DNA of 64,000 nucleotides from a bacterium (GTDB taxonomy: Bacteria > UBA10199 > 2-02-FULL-50-16 > JAJFLM01): assembly GCA_965216315.1 (NCBI GenBank), contig CBDCFN010000016.1, forward strand, positions 1,664,001 through 1,728,000, given 5' to 3'. Of this stretch, positions 38,801 through 52,092 are shown piece by piece. Within the stretch, counting starts at the first letter, position 1. Each line of letters opens with the position of its first letter. The notes under the pieces are model-generated. The model had not been told where the DNA came from and did no database searches. It worked only from the letters and a program-made list of their open reading frames with translations. A program made the translations under genes and the position numbers.

Positions 38801-39629
38801 GATTTGGTTTTCGCACATCGCGCATGAAAATTTTAGGTGGGGTATTGCGATAAAGGCGGTAATTATCACCCGCCCATTTATCGTCCGCTGTAAAAGAAAC
38901 TTTGCCTCGGTAGGTGCAGTTTCCTTGGCTGGGGATATCGGCCTCAAGTATATTATTGAGTTGGTTTACTACCTCGCCGTTATGCGCATCCACATGAACA
39001 TCCCAATTTCTATAAGGCTTCATCGTTTTGATCGTAAAACGATAAACTACATGGAAACTCCCAGGTGCGAATGTCTGATTCTTGGAACTTATAACCAGTT
39101 CGCCCTTGGGCTTTGAATATTTCTCTGGCTCAGCTTCCCACATGTACTGCTCAGCACCAATATGATCGAGCGCCGCCTTCAGGGCTTCCGATTCGGACAA
39201 AGTAGGTGTCGTATCTAGGTCAAGACCGGGAATGACATTGACCACGGCATGCACCACTGCACCTTCCTTTTCCTGCGTAATCATCTCAGCCCCCATTATT
39301 TCGAGATCTTTGTAAGTTTGATTATGGCGCGTGTGCGTATAACCGTAAGGATCAGTGATGGTTTTGTAGGAAACTAATTTGGAATGTAAATCTAACTTTA
39401 ATTCTGCCGCTGCCCGCCTTAGAAAGCTCTGTCGAGATATTTTAAGAACCGCAGGTAGTCGAAGGTCACGGATCTGACCTTTGACGCGTCCTACCCGCAC
39501 ATTTTCTTGTGTGAGTATGGCCTTGTGCTCAATGGGCACTAACAACGATGGCCCTTCTGCTAAACTATAATGTGAATTAGGTGCGAAAAGACTACAGATG
39601 AGAAGAATTGTCGAAATGAGCCATCTCAT
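35847..39629 (-). CDS. M4 family (thermolysin-like) metallopeptidase with C-terminal FN3/Ig-like repeats
   Basis: Signal peptide, FTP and PepSY propeptide (VHVDAHNGEVV), HEFAH, GAIHEALADIF, GVHDNS; repeated SP..W...Y...YYWRVRA modules. Confidence 0.92.
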   Translation of the reverse strand: MRWLISTILLICSLFAPNSHYSLAEGPSLLVPIEHKAILTQENVRVGRVKGQIRDLRLPAVLKISRQSFLRRAAAELKLDLHSKLVSYKTITDPYGYTHTRHNQTYKDLEIMGAEMITQEKEGAVVHAVVNVIPGLDLDTTPTLSESEALKAALDHIGAEQYMWEAEPEKYSKPKGELVISSKNQTFAPGSFHVVYRFTIKTMKPYRNWDVHVDAHNGEVVNQLNNILEADIPSQGNCTYRGKVSFTADDKWAGDNYRLYRNTPPKIFMRDVRKPNLQGNLNTLSKDVFFTDVDNNFQDPEDEVGVCVHWALQQATAYFKKNFGRLGWDAVGKLPINVEVHNNSERYEAAYIYDKSVPGNYKMIFKGDGIENESSPSVSLDIVAHEFAHGVIAHAVNGIPVMGEAGAIHEALADIFAVLVDFAVDPTKANWTIGEKVTLDKHWMRDIANPQGHPEDAKLPKLPDTYQGKYYVPVQQPCVEANDYCGVHDNSTVVSYWFYLLVNGGQGVNDLKWSYKVKGIGLEKAAMIMYFTLITKLFPHAQFADMRLGTISIAEFFFGKDSPEYQAIINSWHAVGIGDAYKETPRYHSPRTGMKDMDPWPTRLAWEAKPNEYMWEIQVSPSASFEKGVKTQQVSFVDENKLGGMTTTHVDFNLNSNTTYYWRVRAKSLSESASMPSPQANVPIDKGISADNTQSIRPKVGHEAVVVPITITAESAKSSVRVKPEEWSEWFPTFYFKTASKKSKNLSPGSGVTQHPWNAELSWAHESGVLKYIVQLADDSTFPMKGTTSRFTSATREKFKLKKGAQYYWRVGLIGPDEAAGEWSDVTSFNTAEPQTSLLAPKDAATVPPWAISLEWLPVEGAEAYKYYVSTEPNMDKAFLSGEVQENSHAVSVPDSQQPYYWAVQPIGPGPYHELGLISATRSFKVDYKLTAPVLKSPLNPPYPWAIGYKATPVTFQWQTVPGAVNYNLSIYKKNAPNQAVYEQDVVQGKGQRVIWHVPSAVVSGDKAGYCWKVRATKPYPGEVATGCYEIAPSSVILKSPVNNVGTSFHANLGVFYWESPNDNEYPPDKYVFQLYEGSLNKPAFGTSLKDKKYILTSKLKPDQTYLWEVHAVAGPNNIQASSGGTLGIFHTGSEAKQVDKQAEEKGGQGLQACSDLKETVVTNLSPQSSAQYCPTCVTKTPVPSYAFQWQPISGAKAYRIEISIFGLPKIIYSATVQGTQSAPIPLKYYTGYIVNVLAVNTCDQVGTYQGKGLGFFLVP

Positions 39630-39700
39630 AAAAGATCCGTCACGATCTAACCATTCTCCGTATTATAGTAGATATAAGGATGCTTCACAAGCTGTGGCGC

Positions 39701-39811
39701 TTAATGACAGAAGCGACGGAGCTTCGAAAACCTATCCAGCATCACCCGCTGGCCACGGATCATCAGAATGGAATCTTCAAGTTGTTCAATTCGTACTAGT
39801 TTTTGCGGCAT
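39701..39811 (-). pseudogene. N-terminal fragment of ORF6N (KilA-N-like) DNA-binding protein
   Basis: Manual translation MPQKLVRIEQLEDSILMIRGQRVMLDR|FSKLRRFCH*; IRGQRVMLD is the ORF6N start and homology breaks before the expected DLAxLYGV. Confidence 0.7.
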
Positions 39812-39960
39812 CGGCACTTACTGGAGCAATATCAATGCCAATGAGTGGTCCTATATTAATCAAGAACTTAGTGAACTAACGGCTAAAGAAGCGTCTCAAT
39901 TTGAAACCCTTAATTAGCGTTTTCGTACCTGCGGCTTGTGTTCTTCTGCTTATAACAGAG

Positions 39961-40497
39961 TTACCACTGCCACCAACGCTTATTTCCAAGTGGATTTGTA
40001 ATGTGAGGAACCTTTACTGGTTTAGCACCGTGCGGAATGCCAAGCCCTGACCAATAGTCACTCGCTTTTGTTATTCGAACACAAGTATGACTCTGGAGAT
40101 TATTTCCGATCTTTGGATCTAGCGTTAAGAGAATTGGGATTTTTGCATCATCGACTTCAGCAAGAATCTGACAATCATTTGGTCCACTATGATACTGTTG
40201 AAATAATTTAACTTTACGTGCAATTGCCTTCACATTCAAAGACCAAGTTACATCGTGAAGCAATACATAATGAACATGACGATGTTTTTGATATCTTGGT
40301 TGTTTTGCAATTTTTTGATATTCTGTGATCACAGTAGGTACTAAATAGAATTCTTGATCTACGTATAAGAAACAACGAAGCATAGCCACACGCTCACTTC
40401 GTAACACACGACTATCCCTTGATGGATCGTAATTCGGATCCATGGCCTCTATTAAATAAGTCATCATGTTTGAATCGATAGCAATTTGTTGAGCCAT
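39961..40497 (-). CDS. PIN-domain protein
   Basis: IAIDSN, VPTVITEY, NDCQILAE, LLTLD acidic PIN pattern; AT-rich. Confidence 0.7.
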   Translation of the reverse strand: MAQQIAIDSNMMTYLIEAMDPNYDPSRDSRVLRSERVAMLRCFLYVDQEFYLVPTVITEYQKIAKQPRYQKHRHVHYVLLHDVTWSLNVKAIARKVKLFQQYHSGPNDCQILAEVDDAKIPILLTLDPKIGNNLQSHTCVRITKASDYWSGLGIPHGAKPVKVPHITNPLGNKRWWQW

Positions 40498-40567
40498 ACA
40501 CCCTCATACCATAAATCAAATGTACGCCAAGAGCCCGAAACGTTCAGATCCAAGACCATTCGAGTAA

Positions 40568-40601
40568 ATCCCCCCTCACCCCCCTTTCCTAAAGGGGGGA
40601 A
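40568..40601. repeat. REP-like palindrome
   Basis: C-run / CCCCCTTT-CCT-AAAGGGGG hairpin resembling widespread CCCCCTT..AAGGGGG extragenic palindromes; single copy here. Confidence 0.4.
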
Positions 40602-40614
40602 TACAGATCTCAGA

Positions 40615-40650
40615 CAAAAAAATGCCCGCCTCTAATGAGACGGGCATTTT
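40615..40650 (-). terminator. rrn operon rho-independent terminator
   Basis: Minus strand AAAATGCCCGTCTC-ATTA-GAGGCGGGCA followed by T-run, just after 5S. Confidence 0.85.
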
Positions 40651-40661
40651 AAGTAATAAAA

Positions 40662-40777
40662 ACCGGCGACGTCCTACTCTCCCAGGGAATAACTCCCAAG
40701 TACCATCGGCTCTGGTGGGCTTAACTGCTGTGTTCGGAATGGGAACAGGTGTTTCCCCACCGACAAAGTCACCGGAA
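40662..40777 (-). rRNA. rrf: 5S rRNA
   Basis: Reverse complement has CACCTGTTCCCATTCCGAACACAGCAGTTAAG...GGGAGAGTAGGACGTCGCCGG. Confidence 0.95.
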
Positions 40778-40819
40778 ACTTTGCACCCTGTTTCACCTTC
40801 GCAAAACAGAGCGACTTAA

Positions 40820-43976
<3,157 letters not shown>

Positions 43977-43998
43977 TGTCAAAGAACTCGGGTCGTTC

Positions 43999-44190
43999 AG
44001 CGAACTGAAAACGCAGTTTCCAGTTCGCTATAGTTAGAGGGAAGAAAACTCTCTCCCCTCTAACAACACCCCATCGTGGGGTAATTTAAAAGACCAACTT
44101 TATCCTCTTCCCATAGATGCCAAAGGCATCGAGAGGGGAAGGCTCCAGGAGCTTTGCTTCTGGAGGGGGCGACGCAAGCCCCTTATAAAT
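43999..44190 (-). repeat. ITS structured element, copy A (3' trailer of tRNA-Ala)
   Basis: Shares GAAAACGCAGTTTCC, TCGCTATAG, AAAACTCTCTCCCC, CCCATCGT, GAGAGGGG, GGAGGGGGCGACGC-AGCCCCT with copy B. Confidence 0.75.
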
Positions 44191-44191
44191 G

Positions 44192-44264
44192 TGGAGCTGA
44201 GGGGGATCGAACCCCTGACCTCCTGGTTGCAAACCAGGCGCTCTCCCAATTGAGCTACAGCCCC
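44192..44264 (-). tRNA. tRNA-Ala(TGC)
   Basis: GGGGCTGTAGCTCAATTGGGAGAGCGCCTGGTTTGCAACCAGG...TTCGATCCCCCTCAGCTCCA; CCA not encoded. Confidence 0.96.
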
Positions 44265-44268
44265 GTCC

Positions 44269-44450
44269 GCAAAAACGAAAACGCAGTTTCCGTTTTCGCT
44301 ATAGATAGGGGTGAGAAAAACTCTCTCCCCCCTAACAACCCCCCATCGTTCACTCGATTGCGACGAAGTCGCTAGCGAGCAACGCGAGCGAGAGGGGCAG
44401 GCTCCGGCGGCTCTGCCGACCGGAGGGGGCGACGCGAGCCCCTAATAAGT
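44269..44450 (-). repeat. ITS structured element, copy B (3' trailer of tRNA-Ile)
   Basis: Colinear with copy A, with compensatory stem changes. Confidence 0.75.
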
Positions 44451-44451
44451 A

Positions 44452-44525
<74 letters not shown>

Positions 44526-44740
44526 GTGCAATACACAACATTAAAAAGAACAAAATACGCTCCCTTAAAACTGAACAGCGTTCGAGAATAAAGATGCACT
44601 TTCCATGGATACCGATCCACGGAAAGCTGACCTAAGGTACCGTGCCGATGTCGCTCATGAATTCCAGACAGGTCACTGTAAACAGCAACCGATCCTTCCA
44701 TCACAAGCATAGTGACATCAGACAACCAGTGACACCTTAG

Positions 44741-46296
<1,556 letters not shown>

Positions 46297-46533
46297 AAAT
46301 TCATTAACTGGTTGCCTTAGATCGCTTCCTTGCAACGCTCCTCTTCGCCCAAAGGCGAATCGACAGCAGGAAGTTTTCTGCAGCGTTTGATCTATCTAAT
46401 TTGCGCAATCTCTATTCTACTCAAAGAACGCTGTTCAGTTTTCAAAGAGCGTAATGGACCCTCGTGGCCCTCGAAAAAGCACTTACCAATTGGCAATAAC
46501 TCGCCGCGCCCTAAGGACTTAGAGCGAACGGGG

Positions 46534-46562
46534 GTCATAACAGGGCCCCTATAGCCTGTCAA
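46534..46562 (-). promoter_or_regulatory. rrn P2-like sigma70 promoter
   Basis: TTGACA-N17-TATGAC with TG extension and GC-rich discriminator. Confidence 0.55.
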
Positions 46563-46602
46563 CTGGCTTTTACTGAAAGAAAAAACTAATGATTTAAAGA
46601 AC

Positions 46603-46611
46603 TTATCCACA
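46603..46611 (+). promoter_or_regulatory. perfect DnaA-box sequence
   Basis: TTATCCACA between the two rrn promoters. Confidence 0.35.
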
Positions 46612-46638
46612 GCCGCTCATTCGCTGCTTCAATATGAA

Positions 46639-46666
46639 ATGATAGACTTTTCCCCTTAAATGTCAA
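46639..46666 (-). promoter_or_regulatory. rrn P1-like sigma70 promoter
   Basis: TTGACA-N16-TATCAT. Confidence 0.65.
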
Positions 46667-46805
46667 GGGCTTAGAGGCCATTCCGATGACTAGAGTATAC
46701 GGATTCTGCTCTGGAGCCGGGTTTTATTTTTACATTCCCGAAAGGCACCGTTACCATTGAAGCCGCAACCACAAGCATCCACTCATCGATTCACGGGGAG
46801 GAATC

Positions 46806-48887
46806 ATGGCTCTGATCAACCTATCTCTTAAACTTTTGATCGTCACAACATTATTGAGCATCGCAGCGCCCGTCCATGCGGCAACATTTACCGTTACCAA
46901 GACAGACGATACAGCCGACGGCACCTGCGACGATGATTGTTCCCTGCGCGAAGCCATCGACGAGGCCAATACGAATCTAGGTAGCGACGTCATTGAACTC
47001 CCGAGCGGAACCATCATGCTAACGCTAGAAGGACCGGGTGATGATACGAACGCCACCGGTGATCTGGACATTACCGAAAGCGTTACAATCAACGGCCACA
47101 GCGATGGAAGCATAATTGATGGAGGTAACGACACTCTCGCCAGTCCGGATCGCATCTTCCAAATCAACGCCGGTAAGTTCACACTCAACAATATTACCGT
47201 ACAAAATGGTAATGCCGGAGGAGAACCCGGCGGGGCTATTCTCAGCGCTTCGCCAAGCAACATAGTCATTAGTGATTCCGCAATTCTTGACAGCGTAACG
47301 ACATCCGCCGGCGGAGGTATCGCGTCGGGCAATGCCGCCGCCCAAATGACAATCACCAATACGACATTTGAACGAAATGAAGCCGGTAACGGCGGTGGTG
47401 CATTCGCCTGCAACTGCAATTCGCTTACTATGACGGGTGGTGCAGTGAATGAAAATAAAGTAACCGGAGGTAACGGGGGCGGAATCGCCTTACAAGGCAC
47501 AGGCAATTTAAGCATCTCCGAAACAAGTTTCGACGCAAACGAGACCGCATCCCTCGGCGGTGCTATTTGGGCACAAGTCCAAGGCTCTATGACTCTCTCG
47601 GGAATCATGCTTACCAATAACAAGGCAACCGCCGATGTCGGAGGAGCTGCCCTACAATCTGCCGGTGATATAGAAATCAGTGATTCCACCTTCGATGGCA
47701 ATGAATCAATGACAGGCAACGCGGGAGGGCTTAGCGCCAGTACCACTTCATTGCTGATTCTCGCTGACGTACACGTGACCAACAATACAGCCAACGTCGC
47801 CGCCGGTGGATTGTTCGCGCAAGCCGCCAATATCGAGATGGCCGGCGGAGAAATTTCAGGAAACGAGGCCACGGTGGGTATGATCGGCGGCGCGGCTTTT
47901 CTCAGTCCCGGTACCGCCGTCATCCGCGATGCGAGCATCGCGAACAACATCGCCGCAGCCGATACCGGAGGGGCCACGCTTCAAGTCACGACGGCTGCTG
48001 TCGTCGAGAATAGTACGATCAGCGGCAATACCTCGGGAAATGATGTCGGCGGCCTACTGATCAATTCAACCCTGTCTTTAGTAACCAATAGCACGATCAG
48101 CAACAACACCGCTACCAATGCGGTCGGGGGCCTGATTGTGACGGGCGGTCCCGGTACGCTGACGAATGTCACGATCGACGGTAATTCAGCGGCTGCAAAC
48201 ATGGGGGGCGGCCTTTACGCCAATTCGGCTGTTGAGCTCATCAATACGATTATCTCCAACAGTCCCAGCGGGGATGACTGCGCGGTAGGTGGTGGTTCCA
48301 TCACCTCACTCGGAAATAACCTCGATACGGATAATACCTGCAACTTGACCGAAGGAACGGATATTCCGAGTGGGAACCCCAATCTCGATACGCTCGCTGA
48401 CAACGGCGGACCCACCCAAACCCATGCCCTTTTAGCTGGCAGTGATGCCATCGACGCGGGTGACAACGCGGCGTGCCCCGACTTCGATCAGAGAGGTTTC
48501 GGAAGACCGACCGACGGTGATGACGATGGTACCGCCAACTGTGACATCGGCGCGTACGAAATCGATCGCTGCGGCGATGGCCTCGTTAACGATCCGGAAA
48601 TCTGCGACGACGGCAACAACGATGATGGCGACGGCTGTTCAGCCGATTGCACATCTGATGAAACGTGTGGCAACGGAATTGTTGATGCCAATGAATCATG
48701 TGATGATGGGAATACCGACGATGGTGATGGTTGCAGTGCAGACTGTTTATCGGATGAAAGCTGCGGCAACGGCGTCGTCGATGCGGTAACGGCAGAAGAA
48801 TGCGACGACGGCAACGCTGACGATGGTGATGGCTGTAGCGCAACGTGTACAAATGAAGGCGGCGGTGGCTGTTCGTTGATACGCTAG
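46806..48887 (+). CDS. CSLREA-domain beta-helix surface protein with choice-of-anchor Q and Myxococcus Cys-rich repeats, ending GGGGCSLIR
   Basis: Signal peptide; [18 protein letters not shown] repeats; [23 protein letters not shown]...DQRG...CDIGAYE; CGDG..CDDGN..DGDGCS x3. Confidence 0.92.
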   Translation: MALINLSLKLLIVTTLLSIAAPVHAATFTVTKTDDTADGTCDDDCSLREAIDEANTNLGSDVIELPSGTIMLTLEGPGDDTNATGDLDITESVTINGHSDGSIIDGGNDTLASPDRIFQINAGKFTLNNITVQNGNAGGEPGGAILSASPSNIVISDSAILDSVTTSAGGGIASGNAAAQMTITNTTFERNEAGNGGGAFACNCNSLTMTGGAVNENKVTGGNGGGIALQGTGNLSISETSFDANETASLGGAIWAQVQGSMTLSGIMLTNNKATADVGGAALQSAGDIEISDSTFDGNESMTGNAGGLSASTTSLLILADVHVTNNTANVAAGGLFAQAANIEMAGGEISGNEATVGMIGGAAFLSPGTAVIRDASIANNIAAADTGGATLQVTTAAVVENSTISGNTSGNDVGGLLINSTLSLVTNSTISNNTATNAVGGLIVTGGPGTLTNVTIDGNSAAANMGGGLYANSAVELINTIISNSPSGDDCAVGGGSITSLGNNLDTDNTCNLTEGTDIPSGNPNLDTLADNGGPTQTHALLAGSDAIDAGDNAACPDFDQRGFGRPTDGDDDGTANCDIGAYEIDRCGDGLVNDPEICDDGNNDDGDGCSADCTSDETCGNGIVDANESCDDGNTDDGDGCSADCLSDESCGNGVVDAVTAEECDDGNADDGDGCSATCTNEGGGGCSLIR

Positions 48888-48977
48888 AGTCTTATTTGAT
48901 AGAACTCAGTTGACGTGAACCGTCATATTTAGGACATAAAGGATCCATGCCATATTAACGTCACGAGGGAGGTTATC

Positions 48978-51900
48978 ATGCGAACTCACCGTAATTTTCG
49001 TAATGTCGCGTATATCATAGCTATACTGCTGAGTCTGAGTGACAGTACGGTAGTTCATGCCGCCGACTTTAATGTGACTAATTCCGACGATACGGCTAGC
49101 GATGGCGTCTGCGATAGCGACTGTACGCTGCGTGACGCTGTAGATGAGGCCAACTCGGCTGGAGGCACGGACAATATTTTTCTTCCTCAAGGCAATTATC
49201 TCCTCAATATCGACACGAACGCTGCCGGAGACGACGCCAACGCCAAAGGCGACTTAGACATCACCGAATCAGTCAATATTATCGGGGATGGCCGGGATGT
49301 GACAACGATCGATGGAGGTAATGGGCTTTTAGCCACACCGGACCGCATCTTCCATATCGATCCAGGTGCAGCGGTCACGGGAGTAGATGTCTCCATTTCG
49401 GGAGTGACGCTCCAGTTCGGTAACGCCACTGGCAGCAATGGTGGCGCTATATTTGACGAAGGTGACGGCGCCTTATCGATCAGCAATGCAAAAATTCAAA
49501 TGAACAATGCTCCAGGACTTGGTGGGGGCATTTATAAGGCGACCTCCAATAAATTGATGAAGGTTGAAGGAAGTATCATCTCGATGAATCAGGCCAGCGC
49601 CGGCGCTGGCGGTCTCTTTTCAGCAAGTGAACCACTGGAGATAAGTGAAAGTACAATCAGTGACAACGTCACGTCAGGTTCGGGCGGTGGTCTCTACCAC
49701 GCTGGAGCCGGCTTGGATTCAGTCACGATCACAAACACCACGATAGACGAAAATACCGGTGGCGGTATCTTTGAGACAGGGTCAGTAGATCTTACGATCA
49801 CCGGCGGTTCGATAAGTGGCAACCATAATGGGCCGGGAGGTGGCATATTTGCAACTATTACCGGGGCAATCAATATCACTGATTGTCAGATAAATAACAA
49901 TGCCACGACGGGCCCAGGCGGCGGCGTCTTTCATGCTGGGGGCACCGACTTCACGATCGACGGCGGTTCGGTCAGCGGCAATCAATCGAGCGGCGGGGGC
50001 GGTATCTACGCGGCGGGTTCGGGCTTCTTCAAGGCCAGCAGCTCCGTCGTCGTCGATAACAACGATGCCGGGCCAGGACCCGGTGGCGGTATCCTTCACG
50101 CTGGGGGCACCGACTTCACGATCGACGGCGGTTCGGTCAGCGGCAATCAATCGAGCGGCGGGGGCGGTATCTACGCGGCGGGTTCGGGCTTCTTCAAGGC
50201 CAGCAGCTCCGTCGTCGTCGACAACAACGAGGCCGGACCTGGACCCGGTGGCGGTATCCTTCACGCTGGGGGCACCGACTTCACGATCGACGGCGGTTCG
50301 GTCAGCGGCAATCAATCGAGCGGCGGGGGCGGTATCTACGCGGCGGGTTCGGGCTTCTTCAAGGCCAGCAGCTCCGTCGTCGTCGACAACAACGAGGCCG
50401 GGCCAGGACCCGGCGGCGGGATCTTTCATGCTGGGGGCACCGACTTCACGATCGACGGCGGTTCGGTCAGTGGCAATCAATCGAGCGGCGGGGGCGGTAT
50501 CTACGCGGCGGGTTCGGGTTTCTTTAAAGCCAGCAGTTCCGTCGTCGTCGACAACAACGAGGCCGGACCTGGACCCGGCGGCGGTATCCTTCACGCCGCG
50601 GGCACCGACTTCACGATCGACGGCGGTTCGGTCAGTGGCAATCAATCGAGCGGCGGGGGCGGTATCTACGCGGCGGGTTCGGGTTTCTTTAAAGCCAGCA
50701 GTTCCGTCGTCGTCGACAACAACGAGGCCGGACCTGGACCCGGCGGCGGTATCCTTCACGCCGCGGGCACCGACTTCACGATCGACGGCGGTTCGGTCAG
50801 CGGCAATCAATCTAACGGTGGCGGTGGTATCTATGCGGTAGGTTCCGGTTCTTTCATGGGTTCCAATCTAGCCGTTCATGACAATGAATCGGCAACAGCT
50901 CCCGGCGGTGGCATTGTATACGGTGGCACTGATCTTACCCTCGAACGGTCATCGATCAATAGGAATTTCAGTGCAAATGCCGAGGGAGGTGGGATCTACT
51001 TTGTTGGTACCGGAGCGCTGAATTTAACTAACAGCACAATCAGCGCAAATTTATCGTCACTCCAAGGTGGCGGCATTTATCACGATAGCGGTGCTGTCAG
51101 TACCATCCTGAATACAACCCTTTACAACAATCGTGGGCCGATGGGTGCACAGATAAGTAATGCGGGCGCTTTTGCAATCGAGATCGAAAATAGTATTCTG
51201 GCAAGCGATGAAGACCTCCCCGCCGACAATTGCGGCGGGGGCGGCACCTTTACCTCACTCGGTCACAACATTGACAGCGGCAGTTCATGTGGCTTTGCAG
51301 GTAGTGGCGATTTATCCGACGAAGATCCCCTCTTAGCCACATTGTCCAGCAATGGCAGTACGACGCTCAGCCATGCGCTCCTGGACGGCAGTCCCGCGAT
51401 TGATAGCGGTGAAAACAGCAACTGCCCCAGCGTGGATCAGCGCGGCGTTGGCCGTCCGGTCGACGGTGACGAAGACGGCAATGCCGATTGCGACATCGGC
51501 GCTTTTGAATTGTCCAACTGCGGTGATGGTGCCATCCAATTCCCTGAAGAATGCGATGATGGCAATGATTCTAACAACGACGACTGCCTCAACAGCTGCT
51601 TTGCAGCAACTTGCGGTGATAACGTGGTCCATGCTGGTATCGAAGAATGTGACGACGGCAACACCGATGATGGCGACGGCTGCAGTTCCACTTGTAGTGA
51701 CGAAGTCGCCGATGACCTAGAAGCAGACAATCCCGATATCGACTTCGGTAATCTAGTTCAGGACACGACGTATGACCTGGAACCTGCCGACCCTCGACCT
51801 GCCGCACTTGTCTTGCAGGCCGCTGAACTGCCCGAAACATGTTCGTGCACCTGGGCCCAAGACGAAAGTTTAGATGGCCAAGGTGAATTCAGTGATACGG

Positions 51901-52052
51901 CGACATGTCTGACGCAGTTTACGCCGCGCAGTTTGGGTGATGGCCAGATGACGGTCGACGCTGACTGTGGAACCGACGGGATACAGACATTTCGTCAGGC
52001 CTTCACGGTCGTTCCCAAATCCGGTGGTGGGGGCTGTTCATTGATTCGCTAA
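48978..52052 (+). CDS. CSLREA-like beta-helix surface protein with choice-of-anchor Q and Cys-rich repeats, ending GGGGCSLIR
   Basis: Signal peptide; DGVCDSDCTLRDAV; GGGI repeats; HALLDGSPAIDSG..DQRG..CDIGAFE; CGDG/CDDGN repeats. Confidence 0.92.
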   Translation: MRTHRNFRNVAYIIAILLSLSDSTVVHAADFNVTNSDDTASDGVCDSDCTLRDAVDEANSAGGTDNIFLPQGNYLLNIDTNAAGDDANAKGDLDITESVNIIGDGRDVTTIDGGNGLLATPDRIFHIDPGAAVTGVDVSISGVTLQFGNATGSNGGAIFDEGDGALSISNAKIQMNNAPGLGGGIYKATSNKLMKVEGSIISMNQASAGAGGLFSASEPLEISESTISDNVTSGSGGGLYHAGAGLDSVTITNTTIDENTGGGIFETGSVDLTITGGSISGNHNGPGGGIFATITGAINITDCQINNNATTGPGGGVFHAGGTDFTIDGGSVSGNQSSGGGGIYAAGSGFFKASSSVVVDNNDAGPGPGGGILHAGGTDFTIDGGSVSGNQSSGGGGIYAAGSGFFKASSSVVVDNNEAGPGPGGGILHAGGTDFTIDGGSVSGNQSSGGGGIYAAGSGFFKASSSVVVDNNEAGPGPGGGIFHAGGTDFTIDGGSVSGNQSSGGGGIYAAGSGFFKASSSVVVDNNEAGPGPGGGILHAAGTDFTIDGGSVSGNQSSGGGGIYAAGSGFFKASSSVVVDNNEAGPGPGGGILHAAGTDFTIDGGSVSGNQSNGGGGIYAVGSGSFMGSNLAVHDNESATAPGGGIVYGGTDLTLERSSINRNFSANAEGGGIYFVGTGALNLTNSTISANLSSLQGGGIYHDSGAVSTILNTTLYNNRGPMGAQISNAGAFAIEIENSILASDEDLPADNCGGGGTFTSLGHNIDSGSSCGFAGSGDLSDEDPLLATLSSNGSTTLSHALLDGSPAIDSGENSNCPSVDQRGVGRPVDGDEDGNADCDIGAFELSNCGDGAIQFPEECDDGNDSNNDDCLNSCFAATCGDNVVHAGIEECDDGNTDDGDGCSSTCSDEVADDLEADNPDIDFGNLVQDTTYDLEPADPRPAALVLQAAELPETCSCTWAQDESLDGQGEFSDTATCLTQFTPRSLGDGQMTVDADCGTDGIQTFRQAFTVVPKSGGGGCSLIR
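49911..50850 (+). repeat. intragenic tandem repeat, 165-bp (55-aa) unit, about 5.7 copies
   Basis: GGCACCGACTTCACGATCGAC recurs at 49941, 50106, 50271, 50436, 50601, 50766. Confidence 0.95.
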
Positions 52053-52092
52053 ATCTTGTAAGCTCTTGAGGAAACTGGTAAGGCCTCTGACT

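Noticed and set aside
39598..39879. 93-aa plus-strand ORF
   Set aside because: Overlaps the M4 peptidase start and the ORF6N relic on the opposite strand; no recognisable features
46751..50841. Long antisense or alternate-frame ORFs 46751..47977, 49782..50810 and 49900..50841
   Set aside because: Shadows of Gly/Asn/Ser-rich repeat coding sequence, with no RBS or independent motifs
49911..50850. Regular repeat considered as a CRISPR array
   Set aside because: Whole 165-bp units repeat in frame with no unique spacers; no cas genes present
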